Origin: Thermoleophilia bacterium | Lineage (GTDB): Bacteria > Actinomycetota > Thermoleophilia > UBA2241 | DNA: 45,004 nt | NCBI GenBank assembly: GCA_041648235.1 | Contig: JBAZPK010000002.1 | Coordinates: 1 to 45,004, forward strand | Reading direction: 5' to 3' | Shown here: piece after piece, positions 17,940 through 26,944 of the stretch | Layout: each line of letters begins with the position of its first letter | How positions within the stretch are numbered: position 1 is the stretch's first letter | Position numbers and translations under genes: made by a program | Notes under the pieces: model-generated | Seen by the model: only the letters and a program-made list of their open reading frames with translations | The model's database searches: none | What the model was told of the DNA's origin: nothing

Positions 17940-18971
17940 GTGAGCGCCGACGAGACCAACAAGACGCCGGAGGCCGAGGCCGCCGCCGAGGCCGAGAAGG
18001 CCCCGGCCGGCGCGCCGGCCGCCGGGCCTGCCGCCGGCGAGGCTGCAGCTGCGGATGAGGCCCCAGCCGCCGCAGACGCGAAGCCAGCCGCGAAGAAGCC
18101 CGCAGCCAGAAAGCGGGCTGCGGCCAAGACGCCGGCCGCGGCCAAGAAGCCGGCCGCTGAGGCCAAGGCAGCGGCGAAGCCCGCCAAGGCCGCCGCCAAG
18201 AAGCCTGCCGCCGTGGCCAAGGCCGCGGCAAAGCCGGCGGGCAGAGCCGCCAAGGCCGCCGCCAAGAAAGCCGCGGCCGCGCCGGCGCCGGTCGAGAAGG
18301 CCGCGCGTCCCGCCAAGGCCGCGAAGACGCCCGCTCCGGAACCGCGCCACGGCACGGCCGGTGTGGCCACGGTCGTCGACGCCTCCGGCAAGGAGCTCGA
18401 GACGCGCGCCCTCGGCGCGGCCCTCTTCGCCGTGCCGGCGGACGTCAACACCCTGCACCTCGCGGTGCGCGCCGAGCAGGCCGCGCGACGTCGCGGTACC
18501 GCCTCGAGCAAGACGCGCGGCGAGGTGGCCGGCTCCACGGCCAAGCTCTACCGCCAGAAGGGCACGGGCCGCGCCCGCGCCGGCAGCGTCAAGTCGCCGC
18601 TGCGCACTGGTGGCGGCGTGGCCTTCGGGCCCAGGCCGCGCAGCTTCGACATCAAGATCAACCGCAAGGTCGTGCGCAAGGCCCTGGCCATGGCGCTCAG
18701 CAACCGCGCGGAGAACGGCAACGTGTACGTCGCCGCCGGGCTCGAGCTCGAGGCGCCGAGCACGACGACGCTCAATGCGTTTCTCGTGAACCTCGACATC
18801 GCCGCCCCGGTTCTCGTCGTCACCGCCGACGAGCCGTCCGTGGCGAAGTCGGTACGCAACCTGCGCTACGCCGAGACGTCCGAGGTCGGCGCGCTCTCCA
18901 CCGAGCAGGTGCTTCGCGCTCGCTCGCTGGTCCTCACCGAGAAGGCGTTCGCCGCCCTGAACGAGGCGTAA
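17940..18971 (+). CDS. rplD: 50S ribosomal protein L4 (uL4) with ~135-aa Ala/Lys/Pro-rich N-terminal extension
   Basis: 343-aa ORF. GTG start 2 nt after the rplC stop. The core uL4 sequence starts near aa 140 ([29 protein letters not shown]). The extension keeps coding-like GC3 bias. Confidence 0.9.
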   Translation: MSADETNKTPEAEAAAEAEKAPAGAPAAGPAAGEAAAADEAPAAADAKPAAKKPAARKRAAAKTPAAAKKPAAEAKAAAKPAKAAAKKPAAVAKAAAKPAGRAAKAAAKKAAAAPAPVEKAARPAKAAKTPAPEPRHGTAGVATVVDASGKELETRALGAALFAVPADVNTLHLAVRAEQAARRRGTASSKTRGEVAGSTAKLYRQKGTGRARAGSVKSPLRTGGGVAFGPRPRSFDIKINRKVVRKALAMALSNRAENGNVYVAAGLELEAPSTTTLNAFLVNLDIAAPVLVVTADEPSVAKSVRNLRYAETSEVGALSTEQVLRARSLVLTEKAFAALNEA

Positions 18972-18974
18972 GAA

Positions 18975-19262
18975 ATGGTTGAAGCAGAGAAGATCATCAT
19001 CCGGCCGATCATCAGCGAGAAGAGCTACTCGCAGATCGACAACTCTCGGTACACCTTCGAGGTGCACCGGGACGCGCACAAGACCATGATCGCGCAGGCT
19101 ATCCACCAGCTGTTCAACGTCACCGTGGTCGGCGTGGCCACAGCGAACATCCCTCCGAAGCCCAAGCGGCGGGGGGCCATCAAAGGCCGCACCGCGGCCT
19201 GGAAGAAGGCCGTCGTGCAACTCGCGCCCGGCGACAAGATCGAATTCTTCGAGGGCAGGTAA
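18975..19262 (+). CDS. rplW: 50S ribosomal protein L23 (uL23)
   Basis: 95-aa ORF ([24 protein letters not shown]) in the conserved position. Confidence 0.96.
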   Translation: MVEAEKIIIRPIISEKSYSQIDNSRYTFEVHRDAHKTMIAQAIHQLFNVTVVGVATANIPPKPKRRGAIKGRTAAWKKAVVQLAPGDKIEFFEGR

Positions 19263-20101
19263 TGGGCATCAAGCGATTCAAGCCGACCTCGCCCGGCCGC
19301 CGGTTCATGACGGTCGACACGTTCGAGGACATCACGCGCAGCGAGCCGGAGCGCTCGCTCGTCGCGCCGCTCAAGAAGAACGGTGGCCGCAACAGCTACG
19401 GGCGCATCACCACGCGCCACAAGGGTGGCGGCCACAAGCGGCGTTACCGCATCATCGATTTCCGCCGCGACAAGGACGGCGTGCCGGCGAAGGTCGCGCA
19501 CATCGAGTACGACCCGAATCGTTCGGCCCGCATCGCCCTGCTCCACTACGTGGACGGAGAGAAGCGCTACATCCTGGCGCCGCAGGGTCTCAAGGTGGGC
19601 GACACTGTCGAGTCCGGCGCCGCCGCCGACATCAAGCCCGGTAACGCCCTGCCCCTCGAGAACATCCCGTCGGGCACCACGGTCCACAACATCGAGCTGC
19701 AGCCAGGGCGCGGCGGGCAGCTGGTGCGCAGCGCCGGCACGAGCGCCCAGCTGCAGGCCAAGGAAAAGGGGTACGGCGTGGTTCGGCTGCCCTCCGGGGA
19801 GCTCCGCCGCATCCGGCTCACGTGCCGCGCCACGGTCGGCGAGATCGGTAACTCCGACCACTCGAACATCGCCGGCGGCAAGGCCGGCCGCACCCGCTGG
19901 CGCGGTATTCGCCCGACGGTGCGCGGCACGGCCATGAACCCGGTCGATCACCCGCACGGCGGCGGCGAGGGCAAGACCACCGCCGGCCGGCACCCGGTCA
20001 CGCCGTGGGGCGTGCCTACGCTTGGGTACCGCACGCGCCCCAAGCACAAGTCTTCCGACAAGTTCATCATCCGCGGCCGCAAGCGCGGCAAGCGCGGGTA
20101 A
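19262..20101 (+). CDS. rplB: 50S ribosomal protein L2 (uL2)
   Basis: 279-aa ORF ([16 protein letters not shown]...) with the [19 protein letters not shown] motif. It overlaps the rplW stop by 1 nt. Confidence 0.98.
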   Translation: MGIKRFKPTSPGRRFMTVDTFEDITRSEPERSLVAPLKKNGGRNSYGRITTRHKGGGHKRRYRIIDFRRDKDGVPAKVAHIEYDPNRSARIALLHYVDGEKRYILAPQGLKVGDTVESGAAADIKPGNALPLENIPSGTTVHNIELQPGRGGQLVRSAGTSAQLQAKEKGYGVVRLPSGELRRIRLTCRATVGEIGNSDHSNIAGGKAGRTRWRGIRPTVRGTAMNPVDHPHGGGEGKTTAGRHPVTPWGVPTLGYRTRPKHKSSDKFIIRGRKRGKRG

Positions 20102-20116
20102 GGCAGGAGGCACCTT

Positions 20117-20395
20117 TTGAGCAGGTCAGCAAAGAAGGGTCCGTTCGTAGAAGAACGCCTCTTGAAGCGCATCGAAGACATGAACGCCGCCGGCCAGAAG
20201 AAGATGGTCAAGACCTGGTCGCGGGCCTCCACGGTGTTCCCCGACATGGTCGGCCACACGATCGCCGTCCACGACGGGCGCAAGCACGTGCCCATCTTCA
20301 TCAGCGAGTCGATGGTCGGTCACAAGCTGGGCGAGTTCGCGCTCACCCGCACGTTCCGCGGTCACATCAAGGGCGACCGCTCGGCCAGAAGGTAA
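20117..20395 (+). CDS. rpsS: 30S ribosomal protein S19 (uS19)
   Basis: 92-aa ORF with a TTG start ([17 protein letters not shown]..., [23 protein letters not shown]). Confidence 0.96.
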   Translation: MSRSAKKGPFVEERLLKRIEDMNAAGQKKMVKTWSRASTVFPDMVGHTIAVHDGRKHVPIFISESMVGHKLGEFALTRTFRGHIKGDRSARR

Positions 20396-20401
20396 CGGGT
20401 C

Positions 20402-20746
20402 ATGGCAGTAAGAGCACAAGCGAAGTACATCCGGGTCACGCCGCGCAAGGCGCGCGAGGTCGTCGACCTCATCCGCGGCAAGTCCGTGGCCGAGGCACGC
20501 AGCACGCTGTTCTTCGCCAATCGCAACGCCGCGCGCGTGGTCGCGAGGGTCCTGAACTCCGCGGTCGCCAATGCCGAGCATAACAACGCGCTCTCGGCTG
20601 ACGATCTCTACGTCAAGGAAGCTCGCGTCGACGAGGGCCCCACCCTCAAGCGGTGGCAGTTCCGGGCCATGGGCCGCGTGAACCAGATCCGCAAGCGCAG
20701 CAGCCACATCACGATCGCGGTCGAGCAGAGGGAGGTCCGTTCCTAG
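20402..20746 (+). CDS. rplV: 50S ribosomal protein L22 (uL22)
   Basis: 114-aa ORF ([26 protein letters not shown]). Confidence 0.96.
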   Translation: MAVRAQAKYIRVTPRKAREVVDLIRGKSVAEARSTLFFANRNAARVVARVLNSAVANAEHNNALSADDLYVKEARVDEGPTLKRWQFRAMGRVNQIRKRSSHITIAVEQREVRS

Positions 20747-21735
20747 TGGGCCAGAAGGTGCATCCGGGCGGCTTCCGTGTCGGCGTCATCCACGACTGGA
20801 AGTCCCACTGGTATACAGAGAAAGAGTTCAAGGAGTTCCTGGCCGAGGACGAGCGCATCCGCGGGCACATCCTGCGCAAGCTCTCTCACGCCGGCCTTTC
20901 GCGCATCATGATCCGCAAGGATCAGAACAACGTCACCATCGACATCCAGACCGCGCGCCCGGGTATCGTCATCGGCAAGAGTGGCTCCGAAGTGGACGCT
21001 TTGCGCAAGGAGATCCACGGGCTGACCGGGAAGAACATCCAGGTCAACATCATCGAGGTCAAGCGCCCCGAGCTCGACGCCGTGCTGGTGGCCCAATCCA
21101 TCGCCGAGCAGCTCGAGAACCGCGTGAGCTTCCGGCGGGCCATGAAGCGCGCCCTCACGAGCGCCATGCGTTCGGGCGCCGCGGGCATGCGCGTCCGCTG
21201 CGGTGGCCGCTTGGGCGGGGCCGAGATGGCTCGCACGGAGCACTACAGCGAGGGCCGCGTCCCCCTGCACACCCTGCGCGCCGATATCGACTACGGCTTC
21301 AAGGAAGCGCGGACCACTTTCGGCCGGATCGGCGTCAAGGTCTGGATCAACAAGGGTGAGATCCTGCCCGAGGGTTACCCGATGGACGAGGCCAAAGCGC
21401 GCCAGGAGCGCGACGAGCAGCGCCGCGACGACCGCGGCGGCCAGCGCCGCGGCCCTCGCCGTGACGGCGGTGGCCGCCCCGGCGGTGGCCCCGGTGGTCC
21501 CGGTGGCCGCCCCGGTGGTCCCGGTGGTCGTCCCGGTGGCCCCGGTGGTCGTAGTGGTGGCCGCCCCGGCGGCGGCCCTGGTGGCCGTCAGCAAGGTCGC
21601 CCCGCGCCTTCCGGCCCCAGCGCCCCGATGGGCCGCCGGGTCCCCGAGCGCAAAGCTGCGCCCGCGCCCGGCGCACCCAAGCCCGAGGCCAAGCCGACCA
21701 AGCCGGCCGAGCCCACCACCGAGCAGAGCAGCTGA
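20746..21735 (+). CDS. rpsC: 30S ribosomal protein S3 (uS3) with ~115-aa Gly/Pro/Arg-rich C-terminal tail
   Basis: ORF 20653-21735. Start taken as GTG20746 ([23 protein letters not shown]), overlapping the rplV stop by 1 nt. KH and C-terminal domains are recognisable. The tail starts near 21382. Confidence 0.94.
   Translation: MGQKVHPGGFRVGVIHDWKSHWYTEKEFKEFLAEDERIRGHILRKLSHAGLSRIMIRKDQNNVTIDIQTARPGIVIGKSGSEVDALRKEIHGLTGKNIQVNIIEVKRPELDAVLVAQSIAEQLENRVSFRRAMKRALTSAMRSGAAGMRVRCGGRLGGAEMARTEHYSEGRVPLHTLRADIDYGFKEARTTFGRIGVKVWINKGEILPEGYPMDEAKARQERDEQRRDDRGGQRRGPRRDGGGRPGGGPGGPGGRPGGPGGRPGGPGGRSGGRPGGGPGGRQQGRPAPSGPSAPMGRRVPERKAAPAPGAPKPEAKPTKPAEPTTEQSS
21466..21588 (+). repeat. In-frame degenerate tandem repeat (GGPGGRP-type heptads, about 21-nt period) inside the rpsC tail
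   Basis: Hand-read codons ggc ggt ggc cgc ccc ggc ggt ggc ccc ggt ggt ccc and onward encode [41 protein letters not shown] (41 codons). Confidence 0.85.
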
Positions 21736-21755
21736 CGGTAGAGAGGACGTAGACG

Positions 21756-22181
21756 ATGCTCCTGCCGAAGAGAGTCAAGCACAGAAAACAGCAGCGCGGC
21801 CGCATGGCCGGCACCGCGAAAGGCGGCACCACCGTCGACTTCGGCCAGTTCGGCCTGAAGGCGCTCGAGTGTGGGTGGGTCACCAACCGCCAGATCGAGG
21901 CCGCCCGTATCGCCATGACGCGCTACATCAAGCGTGGCGGCAAGGTGTGGATCAACGTGTTCCCACACAAGCCGATCACCCGTAAGGCCGCCGAGACCCG
22001 CATGGGCGGCGGCAAAGGTTCGCCCGAGTCCTGGGTGTCCGTAGTCAAGCCCGGCAAGGTGATGTTCGAGCTCGCCGGCGTGAGCGAGCCGGTGGCCCGC
22101 GAGGCCATGCGCCTGGCCGCTCACAAGTTGCCCGTGAAGTGCAAGTTCGTGACCAGGGAGGGGAGTCTCTTTGAAGGCTAG
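21756..22181 (+). CDS. rplP: 50S ribosomal protein L16 (uL16)
   Basis: 141-aa ORF ([17 protein letters not shown]...) with the [19 protein letters not shown] motif. Confidence 0.97.
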   Translation: MLLPKRVKHRKQQRGRMAGTAKGGTTVDFGQFGLKALECGWVTNRQIEAARIAMTRYIKRGGKVWINVFPHKPITRKAAETRMGGGKGSPESWVSVVKPGKVMFELAGVSEPVAREAMRLAAHKLPVKCKFVTREGSLFEG

Positions 22182-22386
22182 CAAGCTCCGCGAGCTCTCC
22201 GACGACGAGCTCATCCTGCGCCTCAAAGACACGCGCAAGGAGCTCTTCAACCTGCGGTTCCAGCACGCCACCGGGCAGCTCGACAATCCGCATAAGTTGA
22301 ACGCGACGCGCCGCGAGATAGCCCGCCTGATCACCATGCAGGCGGAACGCGAGCGCGCTCGCAAGGCAGCCGGTGGTGAAGCCTGA
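22171..22386 (+). CDS. rpmC: 50S ribosomal protein L29 (uL29)
   Basis: 71-aa ORF. The TTG start overlaps the rplP end by 11 nt ([32 protein letters not shown]). Confidence 0.93.
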   Translation: MKASKLRELSDDELILRLKDTRKELFNLRFQHATGQLDNPHKLNATRREIARLITMQAERERARKAAGGEA

Positions 22387-22847
22387 TGGCGACGACGAAG
22401 AAGACCGACAGCGGCAAGCCTGCCGCCAAGCAGTCAGCCGCGCGTAAGCCCGCGGCCAAGAAGGCGGCGGCCAAGAAGGCCGGCGCCGCCAAGAAGCCGG
22501 CCCCCAAGAAGGCCGCTGTGAGCGTGGCTGTGGCCCCGGCCAAGAAGGTCTCGGCCGCCAAGCTCAAGGCCAAGGCCGAGCGCCCGGTGCCCGAGAAGGT
22601 GCCGGGCCGCAAGGAGCGTCGCGGCGTGGTCGTGAGCGACGCCATGGACAAGACGATCGTCGTGCGCATCGACGTGGCTCAGAAGCACGAGCGCTACGGC
22701 AAGGTCGTGCGCCGTTCGAGCAAGCTGCATGCGCACGATGAGCTCAACGCCGCCGGCATCGGCGACCTGGTGCGCCTCGTGGAGACGCGCCCGTTGAGCG
22801 CGAGCAAGCGGTGGCGCCTTCTCGAGATCCTCGAGAAGGCCAAGTAA
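22386..22847 (+). CDS. rpsQ: 30S ribosomal protein S17 (uS17) with ~75-aa Ala/Lys-rich N-terminal extension
   Basis: 153-aa ORF. The ATG overlaps the rpmC TGA by 1 nt. The core starts at [21 protein letters not shown]. Confidence 0.92.
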   Translation: MATTKKTDSGKPAAKQSAARKPAAKKAAAKKAGAAKKPAPKKAAVSVAVAPAKKVSAAKLKAKAERPVPEKVPGRKERRGVVVSDAMDKTIVVRIDVAQKHERYGKVVRRSSKLHAHDELNAAGIGDLVRLVETRPLSASKRWRLLEILEKAK

Positions 22848-22871
22848 GAGTAGAGCCGGCAGAGGAAACAC

Positions 22872-23240
22872 ATGATCCAGGTTGAGTCGAGATTACGAGT
22901 CGCCGACAACACGGGCGCCCGCGAGATCCTCTGCATCCGGATCCGCGGCGGTTCCAAGCGGCGGTATGCGGCGGTGGGTGACATCATCGTGGGCACCGTC
23001 AAGCAGGCGACTCCGGGCGGGAACGTCAAGAAGGGCGATGTGGTGCGCGCCGTCGTGGTGCGCACCAAGAAGGAGTTCGGTCGCAAGGACGGCACGTACA
23101 TCGCGTTCGACGAGAACGCAGCCGTCTTGATCGACAACCAGAACAACCCGCGCGGGACCCGCATCTTCGGCCCTGTGGCCCGCGAGCTGCGCGAGAAGAA
23201 CTTCATGAAGATCGTGTCGCTCGCCCCTGAGGTGCTGTGA
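22872..23240 (+). CDS. rplN: 50S ribosomal protein L14 (uL14)
   Basis: 122-aa ORF ([24 protein letters not shown]). Confidence 0.98.
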   Translation: MIQVESRLRVADNTGAREILCIRIRGGSKRRYAAVGDIIVGTVKQATPGGNVKKGDVVRAVVVRTKKEFGRKDGTYIAFDENAAVLIDNQNNPRGTRIFGPVARELREKNFMKIVSLAPEVL

Positions 23241-23575
23241 TGAGCAAGATCAAGATCAGGAAGGGCGACCAGGTCAAGGTCGTCAGCGGCAAAGAGGCCG
23301 GCAAGACCAGCAAGGTGATGCGTGTCGACGTCGAGACGGGCCGTGTCGTTCTGGAACGGCTCAACATGATGAAGAAGCACACCAAGCCCAACCCGAAGAA
23401 GAACCCGCAAGGCGGCGTGATCGAGCGCGAGGCTCCCATCGATGCCTCCAACGTGATGCTCGTCTGCCCCGCCTGCGGCCAGCCGACGCGTGTCGGCTAC
23501 CGGCTGCTCGAGGGCGGCGGCAAGGTCCGTAAGTGTCGCCGCGAGAACTGCGGCAAAGACATCGACAAGGCATAA
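23240..23575 (+). CDS. rplX: 50S ribosomal protein L24 (uL24), Cys4-containing variant
   Basis: ORF 23237-23575. ATG23240 ([25 protein letters not shown]) overlaps the rplN TGA. GTG23237 is an alternative start. Confidence 0.95.
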   Translation: MSKIKIRKGDQVKVVSGKEAGKTSKVMRVDVETGRVVLERLNMMKKHTKPNPKKNPQGGVIEREAPIDASNVMLVCPACGQPTRVGYRLLEGGGKVRKCRRENCGKDIDKA

Positions 23576-24124
23576 GTGACGATGGCCAGGCTCAAGGACA
23601 AGTATTTCAAGGAGATCGTGCCCGAGCTCAAGCAGGAGTTCGGGTACCGCAACGTCATGGAAGTACCGCGGGTCAGCAAGGTGACGCTCAACATGGGCGT
23701 CGGCGAGGCCAAGACCAACGCGAAGCTTCTCGACGACGCCGTGGAGGAGCTGGCTCTCATCGCCGGCCAACGCCCGGCGATCACCAAGGCGCGCCGATCC
23801 ATCGCCAGCTTCAAGCTGCGTGAGGGCATGTCCATCGGCTGTCGCGTCACGCTGCGCGGGGAACGCATGTACGAGATGATCGACCGGCTCGTGTCGATCG
23901 CCCTGCCGCGTATCCGCGACTTTCGCGGGATCTCGCCCGATCAGTTTGACGGACGTGGCAACTTCGCCATGGGCGTGCGCGAGCAGACGATCTTCCCCGA
24001 GATCGATTACGACTCGGTCGAGCAGTTCCGCGGTCTGAACGTCGTGATCACGACCACCGCCAAGACGGACGAGGAAGGGCGCGCTCTGCTGGCCAAGCTG
24101 GGCATGCCCTTCCGTTCGAACTAG
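23576..24124 (+). CDS. rplE: 50S ribosomal protein L5 (uL5)
   Basis: 182-aa ORF ([42 protein letters not shown]). The start is GTG23576 or ATG23582. Confidence 0.96.
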   Translation: MTMARLKDKYFKEIVPELKQEFGYRNVMEVPRVSKVTLNMGVGEAKTNAKLLDDAVEELALIAGQRPAITKARRSIASFKLREGMSIGCRVTLRGERMYEMIDRLVSIALPRIRDFRGISPDQFDGRGNFAMGVREQTIFPEIDYDSVEQFRGLNVVITTTAKTDEEGRALLAKLGMPFRSN

Positions 24125-24137
24125 GAGCATCTGAAGC

Positions 24138-24323
24138 ATGGCTAAGACATCCCTCGTGGTGAAAGCCGGGCGTAAGCAGCGCTACAAGACGCGCGAGTAC
24201 AATCGTTGCGCCAGGTGCGGCCGCCCGCGCGCGTACTACCGCAAGTTCGGGATCTGCCGCATCTGCCTGCGCGAAGTGGCGCACCAGGGCGTCATCCCCG
24301 GTCTGACCAAGTCGAGCTGGTGA
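24138..24323 (+). CDS. rpsN: 30S ribosomal protein S14 type Z (uS14, Zn-binding)
   Basis: 61-aa ORF with [20 protein letters not shown] (CxxC...CxxC). Confidence 0.96.
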   Translation: MAKTSLVVKAGRKQRYKTREYNRCARCGRPRAYYRKFGICRICLREVAHQGVIPGLTKSSW

Positions 24324-24336
24324 GGAGGCGAGGACC

Positions 24337-24735
24337 ATGTCCATGACAGACCCCATCGCCGACATGCTCACGCGCATCCGTAACGGCAGCACGGCACGGC
24401 ATTCGGTGGTCGAGATCCCCTCGTCCCGGATGAAGGTCGAGATCGCCCGTCTCATGGTCGACCAGGGCTACATCGTCGGCTACGAGACCAAGCAGGGAGA
24501 GCACGGTGAGGTCATCCACGTCGAGCTCAAGTACGGTAAGAACAGAGAGCGCGTCATCTCCGGCATCAAGCGCGTCTCCAAGCCCGGGCGTCGTGTGTAC
24601 GCCAAGAAGGAGTCGTTGCCCAAGGTGCTCGGCGGGCTCGGCACAGCGATCATCTCCACGTCACGCGGCCTTGTGACCAGCGCTGAGGCGCGGAAACTCG
24701 GTCTGGGTGGCGAGGTGATCTGCTTCATCTGGTGA
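24337..24735 (+). CDS. rpsH: 30S ribosomal protein S8 (uS8)
   Basis: 132-aa ORF ([15 protein letters not shown]...). Confidence 0.97.
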   Translation: MSMTDPIADMLTRIRNGSTARHSVVEIPSSRMKVEIARLMVDQGYIVGYETKQGEHGEVIHVELKYGKNRERVISGIKRVSKPGRRVYAKKESLPKVLGGLGTAIISTSRGLVTSAEARKLGLGGEVICFIW

Positions 24736-24744
24736 GGACGGGAC

Positions 24745-25278
24745 ATGTCGAGGATCGGTAAAGCTCCAATCCCGCTGCCCGACGGCGTCGAGTTCAACTA
24801 CGACAACGCCGTCGTGACGGTGAAGGGCCCCAAGGGCGAGCTCACCCAGCGGGTCCCGCGCGAGATGCTCGTCGAGGTCGACGACGGCGTCATCCAGGTC
24901 AAGCGGCCCACCGAAAGTGGGCAGCATCGCTCCCTGCACGGGCTCACGCGCACGCTCATCGCCAACATGGTGACGGGCGTCACGGACGGTTTCGAGAAAC
25001 GCCTCGAGATCGTCGGCGTCGGCTACCGCGCCAGCGTCAAGGGCGACGCCCTCGAGCTGCTGGTCGGCTACAGCCACCCGGTGCTCATCGAGCCGCCGGC
25101 GCACATCAGCTTCGAGACGCCGCAAGCCACCGTGGTCGTGGTTCGGGGCATCGACAAGCAGGTGGTCGGCGAGACCGCCGCCAAGGTGCGCTCGATCCGT
25201 CCGCCCGAGCCTTACAAGGGCAAAGGCATCCGGTACGCCGGCGAGTACGTGCAGCGCAAGGTCGGCAAGCGTGCCTAG
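24745..25278 (+). CDS. rplF: 50S ribosomal protein L6 (uL6)
   Basis: 177-aa ORF (MSRIGKAPIPLPDGVEF..VTVKGPKGEL). Confidence 0.97.
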   Translation: MSRIGKAPIPLPDGVEFNYDNAVVTVKGPKGELTQRVPREMLVEVDDGVIQVKRPTESGQHRSLHGLTRTLIANMVTGVTDGFEKRLEIVGVGYRASVKGDALELLVGYSHPVLIEPPAHISFETPQATVVVVRGIDKQVVGETAAKVRSIRPPEPYKGKGIRYAGEYVQRKVGKRA

Positions 25279-25308
25279 GCTGCCTGAGAGAAGAGGAACG
25301 TCAACAAG

Positions 25309-25662
25309 ATGAGCGCAAACAGCATCAGAGAGGCCCGCGCCAAGCGGAAGAAGCGTATCCGCGGCCGGCTGGAAGGCACCCCCGAGCGACCGCGCGTCTC
25401 GGTGTTCCGTTCGAACAAGGCGATCTACGCCCAGGTCATCGACGACCGCGAGGCGACCACGCTGGTCGCCGCCCGGTCGGTCGAGGTCGAGGGCGGCGGG
25501 CTCAAGAAGGCCGAGGTCGCCAAGAAGGTCGGCGAGCTGCTGGCGCAGCGGGCCAAGGACAAGGGCATCGAGCGGGTCGTGTTCGACCGGTCCGGCTATC
25601 TGTATCACGGCCGGGTGAAGGCTCTCGCCGAGGGCGCCCGCGAGGGCGGCCTGGTTTTCTGA
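25309..25662 (+). CDS. rplR: 50S ribosomal protein L18 (uL18)
   Basis: 117-aa ORF ([44 protein letters not shown]). Confidence 0.97.
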   Translation: MSANSIREARAKRKKRIRGRLEGTPERPRVSVFRSNKAIYAQVIDDREATTLVAARSVEVEGGGLKKAEVAKKVGELLAQRAKDKGIERVVFDRSGYLYHGRVKALAEGAREGGLVF

Positions 25663-25680
25663 CAAGGAGTAAAGGACCCC

Positions 25681-26244
25681 GTGGCTAGAGGATCATTCAG
25701 CGAAGGCAACGAGCTCAAAGAGCGCGTTGTCGATATCAACCGCGTCGCCAAGGTCGTCAAGGGCGGCCGGCGGTTCTCCTTCACGGCCCTGGTCGTCGTC
25801 GGTGACGAGAACGGCCACGTGGGCGCCGGCTACGGCAAGGCGCGCGAGGTGCCGCTGGCGATCCAGAAGGCGATCGAGGACGCGAAGAAGAACCTGTTCA
25901 CGGTGCCGCGCTACAACGGCACCACCACCACCCATCAGACCATCGGCCGCTTCGGCGCCGCGCGCGTGCTGCTCAAGCCGGCGGCGCCCGGTACCGGGGT
26001 CATCGCCGCCGGCGGCGTCCGCGCCGTGCTCGAGCTGGCCGGTGTCCGCGACATCCTCACGAAGTCGCTGGGGACCACCAACCCGATCAACCTGGTGCGC
26101 GCGACCGTCGCGGGCCTGCAGTCGCTCAAGACACCTGAGGGCCAGGCGCGTCTGCGCGGCATCTCGGTGAGCAAGGTGCTCGGCCTCGATCAGCGCGAGG
26201 CGCCGGCCGGCGAGGCCGCCGCGGCGCCCGCCGGGGAGGCGTGA
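25681..26244 (+). CDS. rpsE: 30S ribosomal protein S5 (uS5)
   Basis: 187-aa ORF ([27 protein letters not shown]). Confidence 0.97.
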   Translation: MARGSFSEGNELKERVVDINRVAKVVKGGRRFSFTALVVVGDENGHVGAGYGKAREVPLAIQKAIEDAKKNLFTVPRYNGTTTTHQTIGRFGAARVLLKPAAPGTGVIAAGGVRAVLELAGVRDILTKSLGTTNPINLVRATVAGLQSLKTPEGQARLRGISVSKVLGLDQREAPAGEAAAAPAGEA

Positions 26245-26444
26245 CCCGCATGGCCGGCTATCTCGAGATCACGCAGGTCAAGAGCGCCATCGGCCGGCTT
26301 CCGGCGCATCGCGGCACGCTGCGCGCCCTGGGCCTCAAGCGCATCCGTCACACCGTGGTGCACGAGGACACCCCCGTCATCCGCGGCATGGTGAACAAGG
26401 TCGCGTACCTCGTCGAGGTGCGCCCGGCAACGAAGAAGTCGTGA
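26241..26444 (+). CDS. rpmD: 50S ribosomal protein L30 (uL30)
   Basis: 67-aa ORF. The GTG overlaps the rpsE TGA (GTGA), and ATG26250 is an alternative start ([28 protein letters not shown]). Confidence 0.94.
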   Translation: MTRMAGYLEITQVKSAIGRLPAHRGTLRALGLKRIRHTVVHEDTPVIRGMVNKVAYLVEVRPATKKS

Positions 26445-26445
26445 C

Positions 26446-26922
26446 ATGGCTGAAATAGGACTTCACAACCTGCGCCCCAACCCGGGCTCCACGAAGAATA
26501 CCAAGCGCCTCGGCCGCGGCAAGGGTAGCGGCCAGGGCAAGACCTCCGGCAAGGGCCACAAGGGTTACAATGCGCGCTCCGGCGGCGGCGTGCGCCCCGG
26601 CTACGAGGGTGGCCAGATGCCGCTCTACATGCGGCTCGGCAAGCTGCGCGGCCCGCACATGAAGAAGAGCATGCCCATCGGCCCCTTCCGCACCTACGCG
26701 GTGCCGGTCAACATCGGCCGTCTGGCGGCGGCGTTCGGGCCCGGCGCCGAGGTCACCCCTGAGGCGCTCGTCGCCAAGGGCATCGTCAAGAACACGCGCA
26801 CGCCGATCAAGATCCTCGGCGGCGGCGATATCGCGGTCGCGCTCACGGTGCGCATGCACCTGTACTCGCGCAGCGCCGTTGAGAAGATCGAGGCAGCCGG
26901 CGGCACAGCCGAACTGCTCTGA
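26446..26922 (+). CDS. rplO: 50S ribosomal protein L15 (uL15)
   Basis: 158-aa ORF (LHNLRPNPGSTKNTKRLGRGKGSGQGKTSGKGHKG). Confidence 0.97.
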   Translation: MAEIGLHNLRPNPGSTKNTKRLGRGKGSGQGKTSGKGHKGYNARSGGGVRPGYEGGQMPLYMRLGKLRGPHMKKSMPIGPFRTYAVPVNIGRLAAAFGPGAEVTPEALVAKGIVKNTRTPIKILGGGDIAVALTVRMHLYSRSAVEKIEAAGGTAELL

Positions 26923-26944
26923 GCGGCGCGGAGGGAGCGGGGCC

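Noticed and set aside
18060-18260. Short repeated gccaagaagccggcc-type units, which could suggest a CRISPR array or tandem satellite
   Set aside because: The units are in frame within rplD and encode AKKPAA repeats. There is no repeat-spacer periodicity. The same applies to 21466-21588 in rpsC and 22400-22560 in rpsQ.
17454-19220. 588-aa ORF on the minus strand and several Arg/Pro-rich + strand off-frame ORFs across rplD
   Set aside because: They are antisense or off-frame to rplC, rplD and rplW. They are products of the Ala/Lys codon repeats (GCC/AAG) read in the wrong frame.
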